From a virus (taxonomy: Duplodnaviria; Caudoviricetes), in the IMG/VR virus record IMGVR_UViG_3300017913_001833, positions 32,001 to 96,000 of that record: a stretch of DNA of 64,000 nt; one strand, written 5' to 3'. Of this stretch, positions 27,969 through 37,054 are shown in pieces. Position 1 is the first letter of the stretch, and each line of letters begins with the position of its first letter. The position numbers and the translations under genes are program-made. The notes beneath the pieces are model-generated. The model ran no database searches. It was not told the DNA's origin and was given only the letters and a program-made list of their open reading frames with translations.

Positions 27969-28693
27969 AAGATATCTTACAAGACATGGTAGCTCATACA
28001 CACTCGCTGGGCTTCCTATCATTAGTAAAAGTTACTAATGAAGATGGCACACAGATTGACAGCATGGCTGAAGATCGCAGTGTTATTTTAAGTGCAGAAA
28101 CACACGCACCTGTAGCAGAGTTCAAAGGTACGTTTGGTATGCCAAACTTAGATAAACTAAGTTTGCATTTGAAAAATCCTGAGTATCAAAAAGATGCAAA
28201 GATTGATGTTGTTGAAGCAGATCGCAACGGTGAAGTTGTTCCAACACACATACATTTTGAAAACGCAACAGGCGATTTCCAAAATGATTATCGCTTTATG
28301 AACAAAGCAATTATTGAAGAAAAACTTAAAACTGTAAAGTTCAAAGGTGCTAACTGGAACGTAAGTTTTTCTCCTAGTGTTGCGGCAATTGGTCGTATGA
28401 AGTTACAAGCACTTGCACATTCAGAAGAGCCTACATTTAACGTAAGTTCAAACAATAATGATCTTGTGTTCAGCTTTGGTGATGCAAGCACACACGCAGG
28501 AAGTTTTGTATTTGAAGCAGGTGTTGAAGGTACACTTTCACATACATGGAGTTGGCCTGTAGCACAAGTACAAGCAATCTTGAATTTAGATGGTGATAAA
28601 ACAATGAGCATTTCAGATCAAGGTGCAATGCAAATCACAGTAGACAGTGGCATGGTCAAGTATGATTACATACTGCCTGCACAAAGTAAGTAA
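27965..28693 (+). CDS. Putative DNA sliding clamp (gp45/PCNA-like)
   Basis: 242 aa, alternating beta/alpha pattern ending YDYILPA, near the polymerase; fold inferred only. Confidence 0.45.
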   Translation: MKDILQDMVAHTHSLGFLSLVKVTNEDGTQIDSMAEDRSVILSAETHAPVAEFKGTFGMPNLDKLSLHLKNPEYQKDAKIDVVEADRNGEVVPTHIHFENATGDFQNDYRFMNKAIIEEKLKTVKFKGANWNVSFSPSVAAIGRMKLQALAHSEEPTFNVSSNNNDLVFSFGDASTHAGSFVFEAGVEGTLSHTWSWPVAQVQAILNLDGDKTMSISDQGAMQITVDSGMVKYDYILPAQSK

Positions 28694-28902
28694 TGACACC
28701 TAGAGAAGTAGCACAAAAGCAAGCCGAAGAAGCAATGGATGGATTTATCCTTTGGAGTAAACGGGGAACTTTGTGGGCCGCTCTCTTTTTATGTGTTGTT
28801 GTATTTGCTTGCAACAACGGTGTAGAAACAGGACCAAACGCAACAGGAAGTGGCTATAATGGTGAACAATATAGTCCAAGTAATTTAAATGTCAAAAAGT
28901 AA
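28693..28902 (+). CDS. Small membrane or lipoprotein
   Basis: One TM ending VFAC; TAATG coupling. Confidence 0.55.
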   Translation: MTPREVAQKQAEEAMDGFILWSKRGTLWAALFLCVVVFACNNGVETGPNATGSGYNGEQYSPSNLNVKK

Positions 28903-29311
28903 GATGCAAAAAGGAATTACAGGTAAACTGCACTGGACAACGTTCTGGAGTGAAAAAATACTCTTGGCTATCATTGGTGCATTGACTGTACTTGCGGCAG
29001 GTCTTGACATCTTTGATATGGTCATTAGTCTGAATGTAGAACTTGGTGACTTGTTCCTGTTGTTCATCTATGCAGAAATTATTGGCATGGTTGGTGCTTT
29101 TTATGTTAGTAATAGAATACCTGTTACACTGCCAATTATTATTGCAATGACTGCACTTTGTAGATTGATTGTTCTACATTCGAAAGAAGCAGATCCTTGG
29201 ATGCTTATTGCAGAAGCAGGTGCTATTGTACTGTTAGGCGGCGCCGCTTACATAATGAGTCACAAAGATAAACTAAGTTTGGAAAAAGAAAAACTACGTG
29301 ATGATAACTGA
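28889..29311 (+). CDS. psiE: Phosphate-starvation-inducible PsiE-family membrane protein
   Basis: LFLLFIYAEIIGMV..IPVTLPIIIAMTALCRLIVLH pattern, 4 TM. Confidence 0.75.
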   Translation: MSKSKMQKGITGKLHWTTFWSEKILLAIIGALTVLAAGLDIFDMVISLNVELGDLFLLFIYAEIIGMVGAFYVSNRIPVTLPIIIAMTALCRLIVLHSKEADPWMLIAEAGAIVLLGGAAYIMSHKDKLSLEKEKLRDDN

Positions 29312-29456
29312 AAAACAGGCCAGAAGCGATTATAGGCAAATGCGAAAAGATGATCCAGTGTTTGCTGAATGTTGGCCTGACAAAGATAGAAGTTTTTATG
29401 AATGGTGCTCTCAATATTTAGATTACCAACATATTAAGGATAAAAATGAAGACTGA
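29301..29456 (+). CDS. Small hypothetical protein (51 aa, absent from the ORF track)
   Basis: MITEKQARSDYRQMRKDDPVFAECWPD...; fills the gap and overlaps both neighbours. Confidence 0.55.
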   Translation: MITEKQARSDYRQMRKDDPVFAECWPDKDRSFYEWCSQYLDYQHIKDKNED

Positions 29457-30900
29457 TTTAACCACTGAACAAAAAGATTATGCACGTTTCCTTCCTGCAC
29501 TAAGTGGCTTTTATGCTACGTATGTTGGTAAACAACGGCATGATGAATACGTGGAAAAGTCCAGAATACCTAGCAATCTTACCCATGGTGTCGAAAGTTT
29601 AAACTATCTTAACGCACAACAAGGACAGTTCCAATACAAATGGAGTTTGTATAGTGCTGGACATGCAGATTTAGATACAACTAAATTTGTAGCAAAAGAA
29701 GATATGGTGCGTAACAGAGATAGAGACAACACTTGGTTACTTGGTGACTCAGGTGGATTCCAAATTGGTAAGGGTGTTTGGGAAGGTGACTGGAAAGATC
29801 CAAACTGTCCAAAGGCACAAAAGAAACGTGATGGCGTTCTTAAGTGGATGGACGCATACATGGACTATGGAATGATCCTTGATATTCCGGCTTGGGTTTC
29901 ACGTTCACCAGAAGGTGCAAAAGCAACAGGGATTAGCACATATGCAGAAGCAGTAAAAGCAACACGCATTAATAATGATTATTGGATGAAGCACAGAACA
30001 GGTGCTTGTAAGTTCCTAAATGTTCTCCAAGGGGAAAACCATGCTGATGCAGATGATTGGTATCAGCAGATGAAGGATTATTGTGATCCTAAAAAATATC
30101 CAAATGATCATTTTAACGGTTGGTCAATGGGTGGGCAGAATATGTGTGATGTTCATCTTGCACTCAAGCGTCTTGTTGCACTACGCTTTGACGGATTACT
30201 AGAGAAAGGCGTACATGACGTTATGCACTTCTTGGGTACATCTAAATTAGAGTGGGCTACACTACTTACAGATATTCAACGTGCCGTAAGGAAATATCAT
30301 AATGAAAACTTTACTATCACATTTGATTGTGCTTCGCCTTTCCTCGCAACCGCTAATGGACAGATCTACTGTGAACTTGAAACTCAGGACAGAACTAAAT
30401 GGGTATATAGAATGGTTCCGAGTATCGATGATAAGGCACTTGCAAAGGACACGACACCATTCGGACAAGCATTTGTTAGAGAAGGTAAACATCCGAGCTT
30501 CATGGACAGCCCAATAACAGCTGAACTTATGGCTAAAGATATTTGCATATATGGACCAGGCGACCTAAATAAAATAGGTAAAGAAGGTAAAACATCATGG
30601 GATAGTTTTAGTTATGCAGTTATGATGGGACATAATGTATGGATGCATATCAATGCAGTACAAGAAGCAAACAGACAATACGATGCAGGTGTATTGCCTG
30701 CAATGCTTGTAGAAGAACGCTTTGATAGATTGTATTTTAAGGATGTTGTAGAAGCAATATTTGCAACATCAAACAGAGACGAAGCAAACGCAGTCATTGA
30801 AGAATTTAGTAAGTTTTGGATGAGCATCATTGGTACACGTGGTGCAACTGGTAAGAAAACTGTAAACGCACAGACAAAATTTGGGGAGTTGTTTGAATGA
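29446..30900 (+). CDS. dpdA: TGT-fold DNA 7-deazaguanine transglycosylase (DpdA-like)
   Basis: GDSGGFQIG, ILDIP, NVLQG, GWSMGG, MHFLG, TFDCAS, HN motifs; folE/queE context. Confidence 0.75.
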   Translation: MKTDLTTEQKDYARFLPALSGFYATYVGKQRHDEYVEKSRIPSNLTHGVESLNYLNAQQGQFQYKWSLYSAGHADLDTTKFVAKEDMVRNRDRDNTWLLGDSGGFQIGKGVWEGDWKDPNCPKAQKKRDGVLKWMDAYMDYGMILDIPAWVSRSPEGAKATGISTYAEAVKATRINNDYWMKHRTGACKFLNVLQGENHADADDWYQQMKDYCDPKKYPNDHFNGWSMGGQNMCDVHLALKRLVALRFDGLLEKGVHDVMHFLGTSKLEWATLLTDIQRAVRKYHNENFTITFDCASPFLATANGQIYCELETQDRTKWVYRMVPSIDDKALAKDTTPFGQAFVREGKHPSFMDSPITAELMAKDICIYGPGDLNKIGKEGKTSWDSFSYAVMMGHNVWMHINAVQEANRQYDAGVLPAMLVEERFDRLYFKDVVEAIFATSNRDEANAVIEEFSKFWMSIIGTRGATGKKTVNAQTKFGELFE

Positions 30901-31085
30901 CACAAGAAACTTATCTTGAAAGCCTATATCGGAAACATAGAACACTTGACGATGAGATAAAAATGTTGTATAATAAGTTTGCAAGTGATGATTTAATAAA
31001 TCGTAAAAAAACACAAAAACTTTGGTTAAAAGATGAGATACACAGGATAGAAAATGAAACGGGATTATCAAGACGGCATTCATGA
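30897..31085 (+). CDS. DUF465-like small coiled-coil protein
   Basis: KHRTLDDEIK...KKTQKLWLKDEIHRIE. Confidence 0.65.
   Translation: MTQETYLESLYRKHRTLDDEIKMLYNKFASDDLINRKKTQKLWLKDEIHRIENETGLSRRHS
30946..30974 (+). promoter_or_regulatory. sigma70 promoter inside the DUF465-like gene
   Basis: TTGACG-N17-TATAAT. Confidence 0.7.
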
Positions 31086-31587
31086 AAAAATGTGCTACTT
31101 CACTGGCTATGAAGTAGAAAAGACTCCTGCCTATGGAATGAAGACATTGTTTGTCGAAGGTGTACAAGACACTGACGAAATAATGACATTTTTAACAAAA
31201 GAAAAATGCACACATCTATTCTTTGGCGCTAATCACAGTTTCAATCCTGGAACTAACTTTCCAGATGATGGTGATGAATGGCGTGAATGGGAAGACATGA
31301 TCGAAGAGTTTCTTCGCGAAGGATATCTTTGTTCACTTGATATTCCTATTGCACTTGCTGAAGCATTTTTAGAATCAGGCTTAACAGAGTATGACAATTT
31401 TATTCCGCAGTTGCGTGTTCCGGTGCCTTACATCCGACAGTGGAATTACAACACTATGTTGAAAATTGACGACAAAGACTTTAAGGCATCTAATCCAGGC
31501 GTCTGGTGTCATAGACTGCACAATCTACAAGATGATGAAAAATTCACTGATTGGGCAAAGTATGGCCTTGACAAGCCGCTATTGTGA
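31054..31587 (+). CDS. Hypothetical protein of the deazaguanine locus
   Basis: 177 aa between the dpdA-like and QueD-like genes; GYEVEKTPAYGMKTLFV, HLFFGANHSF. Confidence 0.7.
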   Translation: MKRDYQDGIHEKMCYFTGYEVEKTPAYGMKTLFVEGVQDTDEIMTFLTKEKCTHLFFGANHSFNPGTNFPDDGDEWREWEDMIEEFLREGYLCSLDIPIALAEAFLESGLTEYDNFIPQLRVPVPYIRQWNYNTMLKIDDKDFKASNPGVWCHRLHNLQDDEKFTDWAKYGLDKPLL

Positions 31588-31596
31588 GCGTATAAT
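31568..31596 (+). promoter_or_regulatory. Consensus sigma70 promoter
   Basis: TTGACA(31568)-N17-TATAAT(31591). Confidence 0.85.
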
Positions 31597-31627
31597 GAAC
31601 AATAACAATGAACGATACTATGAAGGT

Positions 31628-32074
31628 ATGTTACGTATGATGAGAGAAGAAGATGCAAAAGTTGCACAGGAAAATGTGATGCTAAAAGCAAACAGAAGTA
31701 TCTGGGTAACATTTGCTAAAGAAGGTGTACACATGTACCCAGGGGCAGACAAAGACCCTAAACTAGCAACAGGCGATTGGGATGACGTAAGTTTCTTAGG
31801 TATTCCGCATCGTCATATTTTCCACTTTAATGTCCGTATTGAAGTATTCCACAACGATAGAGACATTGAGTTTATCCAGTTTAAACGCTGGATGCAAAGG
31901 CTTTATGACGTCGAAGGCGTACTAGAGCTTAACCACAAGAGCTGTGAAATGATCGCAGATGACTTGTATAATGAAATCTCTAACAAATATCCTGGCCGGT
32001 TTGTGGAGATCAGTGTCGCAGAAGACAACGAAAACGGCTGTAAAATCTTTTATCCAAATCCCTCTAGTGTATAA
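31628..32074 (+). CDS. QueD-like T-fold protein (LxxxHRHxF, DpdL-type decarboxylase candidate)
   Basis: LGIPHRHIFHF, DRDIEF, SCEMIA, VAEDNENG; start uncertain (31595, 31628 or 31637). Confidence 0.7.
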   Translation: MLRMMREEDAKVAQENVMLKANRSIWVTFAKEGVHMYPGADKDPKLATGDWDDVSFLGIPHRHIFHFNVRIEVFHNDRDIEFIQFKRWMQRLYDVEGVLELNHKSCEMIADDLYNEISNKYPGRFVEISVAEDNENGCKIFYPNPSSV

Positions 32075-32089
32075 GGAACTTATGAAAAA

Positions 32090-32302
32090 ATGGATATTAA
32101 ATTCAATCGTGAAGCGTATACGAAAGTATTCAACGACTTGGAACGTTATCGCGACTATTGTCGCTTTGAAGGTAAAGTGTTTGATGAAAAAGCACTTTAT
32201 AAAAAGGAAGACCCCAACTGGGAAGCCTATCAAAAATGGCAAGGTTGGATGCGGGCTAAGGCTCGTAATGCAGGACGGAAGTTTAATAATCGGAGAAACT
32301 AA
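32090..32302 (+). CDS. Small hypothetical protein
   Basis: 70-aa ORF with basic C-terminus. Confidence 0.6.
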   Translation: MDIKFNREAYTKVFNDLERYRDYCRFEGKVFDEKALYKKEDPNWEAYQKWQGWMRAKARNAGRKFNNRRN

Positions 32303-33364
32303 ATGACTATCTATATTGTAGACATCGAAGCAGTAGACACACGCTATACAAAGCAATGGAAGGAACATCTTCCACGTCAACTGCAACGAGCTACAAATGA
32401 AAATGTAGAAGTTATTAGTGGAGGAGATACACCTCAGGCTACTACGCCTGGGGCGTTTCTCAATTTCGGAGGTACAAATGTTTACAAGTCTAATCAACTT
32501 GAACAGATTGGCAAAATGTTCTGTGAAGGTAAAGTCAAGGATGGCGATTACTTTCTCTATACTGATGCTTGGAACCCCACTGTTATTCAGTTACGCTATA
32601 TGGCTGCACTCTTGGGTGTTGATGTTAGTATCGGTGGCTTATGGCATGCTGGTAGCTATGATCCTCAAGACTTCCTTGGTAGACTGATTGGTGATGCTCC
32701 TTGGGTACGTCACGCTGAATATTCTATGTTTGAATGTTATGATGACAATTTTTTTGCTACTGAATTCCATTGGGATCTGTTTGCAGAAACGTTTGCATTA
32801 GACATGGGAGTTGTTGATCAAAACAAAATGAAACGTGTTGGTTGGCCCATGGAATACTTACACACAAGTTTAGATCAATACAAAGGAATGGAAAAACGTG
32901 ATCTTATTTTGTTCCCACATCGTATTGCTCCAGAAAAACAAGTAGACATTTTTCGCGATTTGAAACAACGTTTACCACAGTATGAATTTGTTGTGTGTCA
33001 AGAACAAGAACTTAGCAAGCACGAATATCACAACTTGCTAGGAGAAGCAAAATTAGTATTCAGTGCAAACTTACAAGAAACACTTGGCATTAGTTGGTAT
33101 GAAGGTGCATTAGTAGATGCTATTCCAATGGTGCCTGACAGACTAAGTTACACAGAAATGGCTAGTGCAGAATTCAAGTATCCTAGTAGATGGACAGAAG
33201 ATTACACATCTTATGCAAAACATAGAGGTGATGTAATGAACAAGATTGTTGACTACATGGAAAACTATGAAGACTATCTTCCAAGCCTTCGCAAGCAAAC
33301 ACAATTTTTGCACAAAGAGTTTTTCAGCGGTACAAAATTATACGGAGACATTAAGAATGGGTGA
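32303..33364 (+). CDS. GT-B glycosyltransferase-like protein
   Basis: FPHRIAPEKQ, ETLGISWYEG, PDRLSYTEM (GT4-like C-domain); WHAGSYDP. Confidence 0.75.
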   Translation: MTIYIVDIEAVDTRYTKQWKEHLPRQLQRATNENVEVISGGDTPQATTPGAFLNFGGTNVYKSNQLEQIGKMFCEGKVKDGDYFLYTDAWNPTVIQLRYMAALLGVDVSIGGLWHAGSYDPQDFLGRLIGDAPWVRHAEYSMFECYDDNFFATEFHWDLFAETFALDMGVVDQNKMKRVGWPMEYLHTSLDQYKGMEKRDLILFPHRIAPEKQVDIFRDLKQRLPQYEFVVCQEQELSKHEYHNLLGEAKLVFSANLQETLGISWYEGALVDAIPMVPDRLSYTEMASAEFKYPSRWTEDYTSYAKHRGDVMNKIVDYMENYEDYLPSLRKQTQFLHKEFFSGTKLYGDIKNG

Positions 33365-33692
33365 TGATGATAACGTTCTAAGCATCAATGACTTAGAATT
33401 AAATCTTCCAGAGCTAGAAAATACATCAGATGCTGTCACTATTACATTAGGTGATACCACGTTTAGTGATAGTGTATATACAACTGATACAGGTTCAGAA
33501 TACACATTTAATGTGTATGGTGAAGAAAAAGAATTTGAACAAACTATGCCTAGCGTACATAAAATTAACAATATGTGTAAACATTATCCTGCACTTGCTA
33601 AGGCTTATGAAAACTTTAAGACAATCTACAAAATGGTAGATCAAGATTACAAAGGTAACCACGAGGAGGCAGATAATGAAATCCCTTTCTAA
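33357..33692 (+). CDS. Acidic hypothetical protein
   Basis: ATG 33357 after GGAG; YPALAKAYENFKTIYKMV. Confidence 0.65.
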   Translation: MGDDDNVLSINDLELNLPELENTSDAVTITLGDTTFSDSVYTTDTGSEYTFNVYGEEKEFEQTMPSVHKINNMCKHYPALAKAYENFKTIYKMVDQDYKGNHEEADNEIPF

Positions 33693-34218
33693 AAAAATAT
33701 ACACTTGGAAAGATATTGAAATTATGTGTACAAGTATTGTTGCACAGATGTACAAAGACAACTGGCGTCCTGATTACATTGTTGGTATCACACGAGGTGG
33801 TAATGTTCCTGCAACAATAATTTCAAATATGACTGGTATTCGTTGCGAAGCACTCAAGGTTGCATTGCGAGACGGTGAAAGTCATCAAGAAAGCAACTGT
33901 TGGATGGCTGAAGATGCCTTTGGTTATCCTAATCAAGATTCAGGTGGACAAGGAAAAAATATCCTTATTGTAGACGACATTAACGATACAGGTGCTACAT
34001 TTAATTGGATCATGCAAGATTGGCAAGCAGGTTGTTTGCCTGGGCATGAACATTGGAAAGATGTTTGGGGTAATAATGTTCGCTTTGCTGTTCTTACAGA
34101 TAACCTAAGTAGTGAGTTTGATCAATGTGTAAACTATTGTTGCGACTCAGTAAACAAAGCAGAAGAAGATGTTTGGTTAGTTTATCCCTGGGAGAATGTC
34201 GGTGAATACCATGCGTGA
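33676..34218 (+). CDS. Type I purine phosphoribosyltransferase (Gpt-like)
   Basis: IVGITRGG, ILIVDDINDTGAT PRPP loop, WLVYPWE. Confidence 0.88.
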   Translation: MKSLSKKIYTWKDIEIMCTSIVAQMYKDNWRPDYIVGITRGGNVPATIISNMTGIRCEALKVALRDGESHQESNCWMAEDAFGYPNQDSGGQGKNILIVDDINDTGATFNWIMQDWQAGCLPGHEHWKDVWGNNVRFAVLTDNLSSEFDQCVNYCCDSVNKAEEDVWLVYPWENVGEYHA

Positions 34219-34612
34219 TGACCTAATGGTCCAACAACAGGTAGATAATGTATGGCAACACATGGTCGGTGTGATGTGCCTTAATCTTACAGGTCGTAAA
34301 CAAGTAAAAGCAGTATTACCTAAGTTTTTTAAAAAATGGCCAACACATGAAGCACTACTCCATGCTACACGTTCTGAAATTGAGAATGTCATAGAGCCTT
34401 TAGGCATGAAACGTGTAAGAGCAGAAAGACTATATCGTATGAGCGAACAGTTCGGAGACTGGGACGGCGAAGATGCTACAGATCTACACGGTATTGGTAA
34501 GTATGGCTCAGACAGTTACGAACTGTTTTACAAAAAACGTGTACCTAAAAACGTAGGTGATCATGAACTTCAACGCTATGTTAAGGAAGAGTTTTATGAA
34601 ACCTTGGACTGA
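34211..34612 (+). CDS. MBD4-like HhH-GPD DNA glycosylase (stand-alone catalytic domain)
   Basis: WQHMVGVMCLNLT, PLGM..RA, LHGIGKYGSDSYELF, DHEL. Confidence 0.8.
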   Translation: MRDDLMVQQQVDNVWQHMVGVMCLNLTGRKQVKAVLPKFFKKWPTHEALLHATRSEIENVIEPLGMKRVRAERLYRMSEQFGDWDGEDATDLHGIGKYGSDSYELFYKKRVPKNVGDHELQRYVKEEFYETLD

Positions 34613-34931
34613 TGTAGTTATTGAATGTAAAGAATATACAGTTTACAAAGACGGCTTCCCTGTTACGGAAGGGCATATTCTTTTTGTGCCTAAAGAACAA
34701 ACTTGGGAATATCTAGAGAAGTGTTACAAAGCAGCATATGCTTGGGGATACGATTGGGTGCAGTCAGGTTACTGCGATGCATATAATATTGGACAGAACG
34801 TAGGAACAGAAGCAGGACAAACTGTTGATTATCCTCATGTTCATTTAATCCCTCGCCGTAAGGGTGATATGAAAGATCCTCGAGGAGGAGTACGGCATGT
34901 TATACCAGAGAAAGGAAATTACCGTGTCTGA
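34596..34931 (+). CDS. HIT-family nucleotide hydrolase
   Basis: PVTEGHILFVP, AGQTVDYPHVHLIPRR. Confidence 0.88.
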   Translation: MKPWTDVVIECKEYTVYKDGFPVTEGHILFVPKEQTWEYLEKCYKAAYAWGYDWVQSGYCDAYNIGQNVGTEAGQTVDYPHVHLIPRRKGDMKDPRGGVRHVIPEKGNYRV

Positions 34932-35382
34932 AGGTGTTGATAAAATTGAAGTAGGTAAGTCCTACGAAGTGTGTGCATACTACAAAAAAAGTATGGTTGA
35001 AATTGAAATGTTTAAGCATGAAGATGGACGTATGTTAAATACTGAAGTTGTTTGGCGTAATGGCACCTTTATTATTCATGTGCAAAATGAAGAAGAGGCA
35101 GATACATTACAAGCATGCCTGGGTGAAGATGGCGACATCTGGGACTTTGAAGATTATGAAGAAATTGAAATGGACAGTACCTTTGACGGAGTACAAGAAG
35201 AATTTGTATTCTATGGTAAACATTTTACAGATGATGAACAACAAGCACTTGAAGAAGAATATGAAACACAACTTGAAAGTGATGATTGGCAAAGCCGTTA
35301 CGAGTTTTTAGAAGAACGTGGTTTTGAATCACAAGGCTGTAACTGGCAAGTTGAAGGGGGAATGATTGCAGAAGAACATTAA
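34924..35382 (+). CDS. Acidic hypothetical protein
   Basis: GTG start; Asp/Glu-rich 152 aa. Confidence 0.65.
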   Translation: MSEGVDKIEVGKSYEVCAYYKKSMVEIEMFKHEDGRMLNTEVVWRNGTFIIHVQNEEEADTLQACLGEDGDIWDFEDYEEIEMDSTFDGVQEEFVFYGKHFTDDEQQALEEEYETQLESDDWQSRYEFLEERGFESQGCNWQVEGGMIAEEH

Positions 35383-35955
35383 CATAGATTACTCACAAGA
35401 AGAAATACTGAAAGAAATTATTTCTTGTAGAGAATTTATGACTGATATTCCTGCGACAAAGAGCAACATCATGTCAGCTTTGACAGGTGAGTATTTTATG
35501 TCTGAAAGTAAAGATCTTTACAGTAAGATTAACGAATTACCAAATCCTAAATCACTTTACTTAAGAAATACTTTGGACAATCGTAGTGGTTACAAGTATT
35601 CAAAAGGACAAAACAAATATGTTTGGATTGAAAAGGTCATAGAAAAACTTCCTTATACAAAAAAGGTAATAGATAGTCTGCCAATTCAAAAAAAAACTTA
35701 AAATGTGTACGAGCAATAATAACGGAGAATACTTTTTTGCCTAGTCATCACGATAATTATACAGACGATATCACAGATAACTTAGGTATAAGTTTGGTTG
35801 CAAAGAATGTTGATTCACCGTTATTGGTAAGTATCAATAATACCATTGAACGTATAGAACACGATTGTTTTTGGTTTGATGATTCATATGTTCATGGCAT
35901 TCCGTTTTGCGATGGAATAAGAGTAGATATAAGAATATTTGGAAAGGATAACTAA
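35366..35955 (+). pseudogene. Fe/2OG oxygenase-like gene split by a frameshift at an A9 run
   Basis: ORF 35366-35701 joins 35737-35955 in the -1 frame at A9 (35688-35696), restoring CVRAII..HHD..FDDSYVH..RIFG. Confidence 0.65.
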
Positions 35956-36090
35956 ATGTCTTGTACTTGCGGAAGATCGCCAACTGGTAAATGTGTAGGT
36001 TGGCATTCACTGACTGAAGATCAGTACAAAGAAAAACTAGCTCAATATGAAGCTAGACAACAAGCTAAAAAGGAGAAAGAAAATGGCTAA
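35956..36090 (+). CDS. 44-aa CDGSH-like Cys3His metal-binding miniprotein (absent from the ORF track)
   Basis: MSCTCGRSPTGKCVGWH...; AAGGA SD. Confidence 0.7.
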   Translation: MSCTCGRSPTGKCVGWHSLTEDQYKEKLAQYEARQQAKKEKENG

Positions 36091-36295
36091 AGCTGGAGAC
36101 TTGTTAATTGAAGCTGCACGTAAGCAAGCAGAAGGAGAACTTGCTGTTCATCGTGCAAATATTGAAGTATATCGTACTATGCCTGCTGGTATTGGTGAAC
36201 ATGCCGATATTACAGAAGCAGTAATTGAAGAACTTAATAAAATGGCTTCTGCTCAAGATCGTTTAGATATGATCGAAAAATATTTTAATGGTTGA
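36083..36295 (+). CDS. Small hypothetical phage protein
   Basis: AAGGAG SD; PAGIGEHADI. Confidence 0.7.
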   Translation: MAKAGDLLIEAARKQAEGELAVHRANIEVYRTMPAGIGEHADITEAVIEELNKMASAQDRLDMIEKYFNG

Positions 36296-36320
36296 CAAAA
36301 ACCTAAATAAACAGTATAAT
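36292..36320 (+). promoter_or_regulatory. Consensus sigma70 promoter with TAAATA in its spacer
   Basis: TTGACA(36292)-N17-TATAAT(36315); TAAATA at 36304-36309. Confidence 0.85.
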
Positions 36321-36363
36321 AACAACATAATAGACATCCTCGTCTATAACTCGGAGAATATAA

Positions 36364-37053
36364 ATGAGCAAAAGTAAAGAACTAAAACAGCGCCTTGAAG
36401 AATTAGGTGTACGTTATTGGGCAGGTGATAACATTTCATATGTTATGCAAAAAGGTGACAAGGAAGCACTTATAGAAGAACTTACACCCAAGTTTGAAAG
36501 CGTCCTTGAAAGCCTGTGCATTGACATTGAAAATGATCCTAATAGTATGGACACTGGTAGACGTCTTGCAAAGATGTATATCAATGAACTTATGGCAGGA
36601 CGTTATGATCCAATGCCTAACGCAACTGCATTTCCTAACCATGTAGATGATGGTTACAAAGGTATGCTAGTTGTAAGAAGTGAACTAAAAAGCATGTGTT
36701 CGCATCATCATCAGCCAGTTAATGGTGTAGCATACATTGGCATTATTGCCGCTAACACACTTATTGGACTTTCTAAGTATACACGTATTGCACAATGGTG
36801 TGCTAGACGTGGTACACTACAAGAAGAACTTAACAATGTTATTGCAAATGAAATACAGAAAGCAACTGGTTCAGAAAACGTAGGTGTATATATTCAAGCA
36901 ACGCATGGTTGTTGTGAAAACAGAGGTATTGGCGCACACAGTAGTCTTACACAAACAACTGTACTACGTGGTGCATTTGCTGATGATCCTAGCACTAAGA
37001 AAGAGTTTATGGATAATATCAAATTGCAACAACAGTTTGCATGTGGAGCATAG
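36364..37053 (+). CDS. folE: GTP cyclohydrolase I
   Basis: SMCSHHHQP, IGLSKYTRI, LQEEL, HGCCENRG. Confidence 0.95.
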   Translation: MSKSKELKQRLEELGVRYWAGDNISYVMQKGDKEALIEELTPKFESVLESLCIDIENDPNSMDTGRRLAKMYINELMAGRYDPMPNATAFPNHVDDGYKGMLVVRSELKSMCSHHHQPVNGVAYIGIIAANTLIGLSKYTRIAQWCARRGTLQEELNNVIANEIQKATGSENVGVYIQATHGCCENRGIGAHSSLTQTTVLRGAFADDPSTKKEFMDNIKLQQQFACGA

Positions 37054-37054
37054 T

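Noticed and set aside
26495-34612. Eukaryotic virus origin suggested by PMM, MBD4, annexin and ATE-like genes
   Set aside because: SD sequences, sigma70 promoters, coupled operons, endolysin and spanins indicate a bacteriophage
36884-37054. N-terminal extensions given by the ORF track (queE from 36884; also 660, 2490, 11997, 31466, 33246, 58169, 62294)
   Set aside because: They overlap upstream genes; SD, promoter and coupling evidence supports the later starts used here
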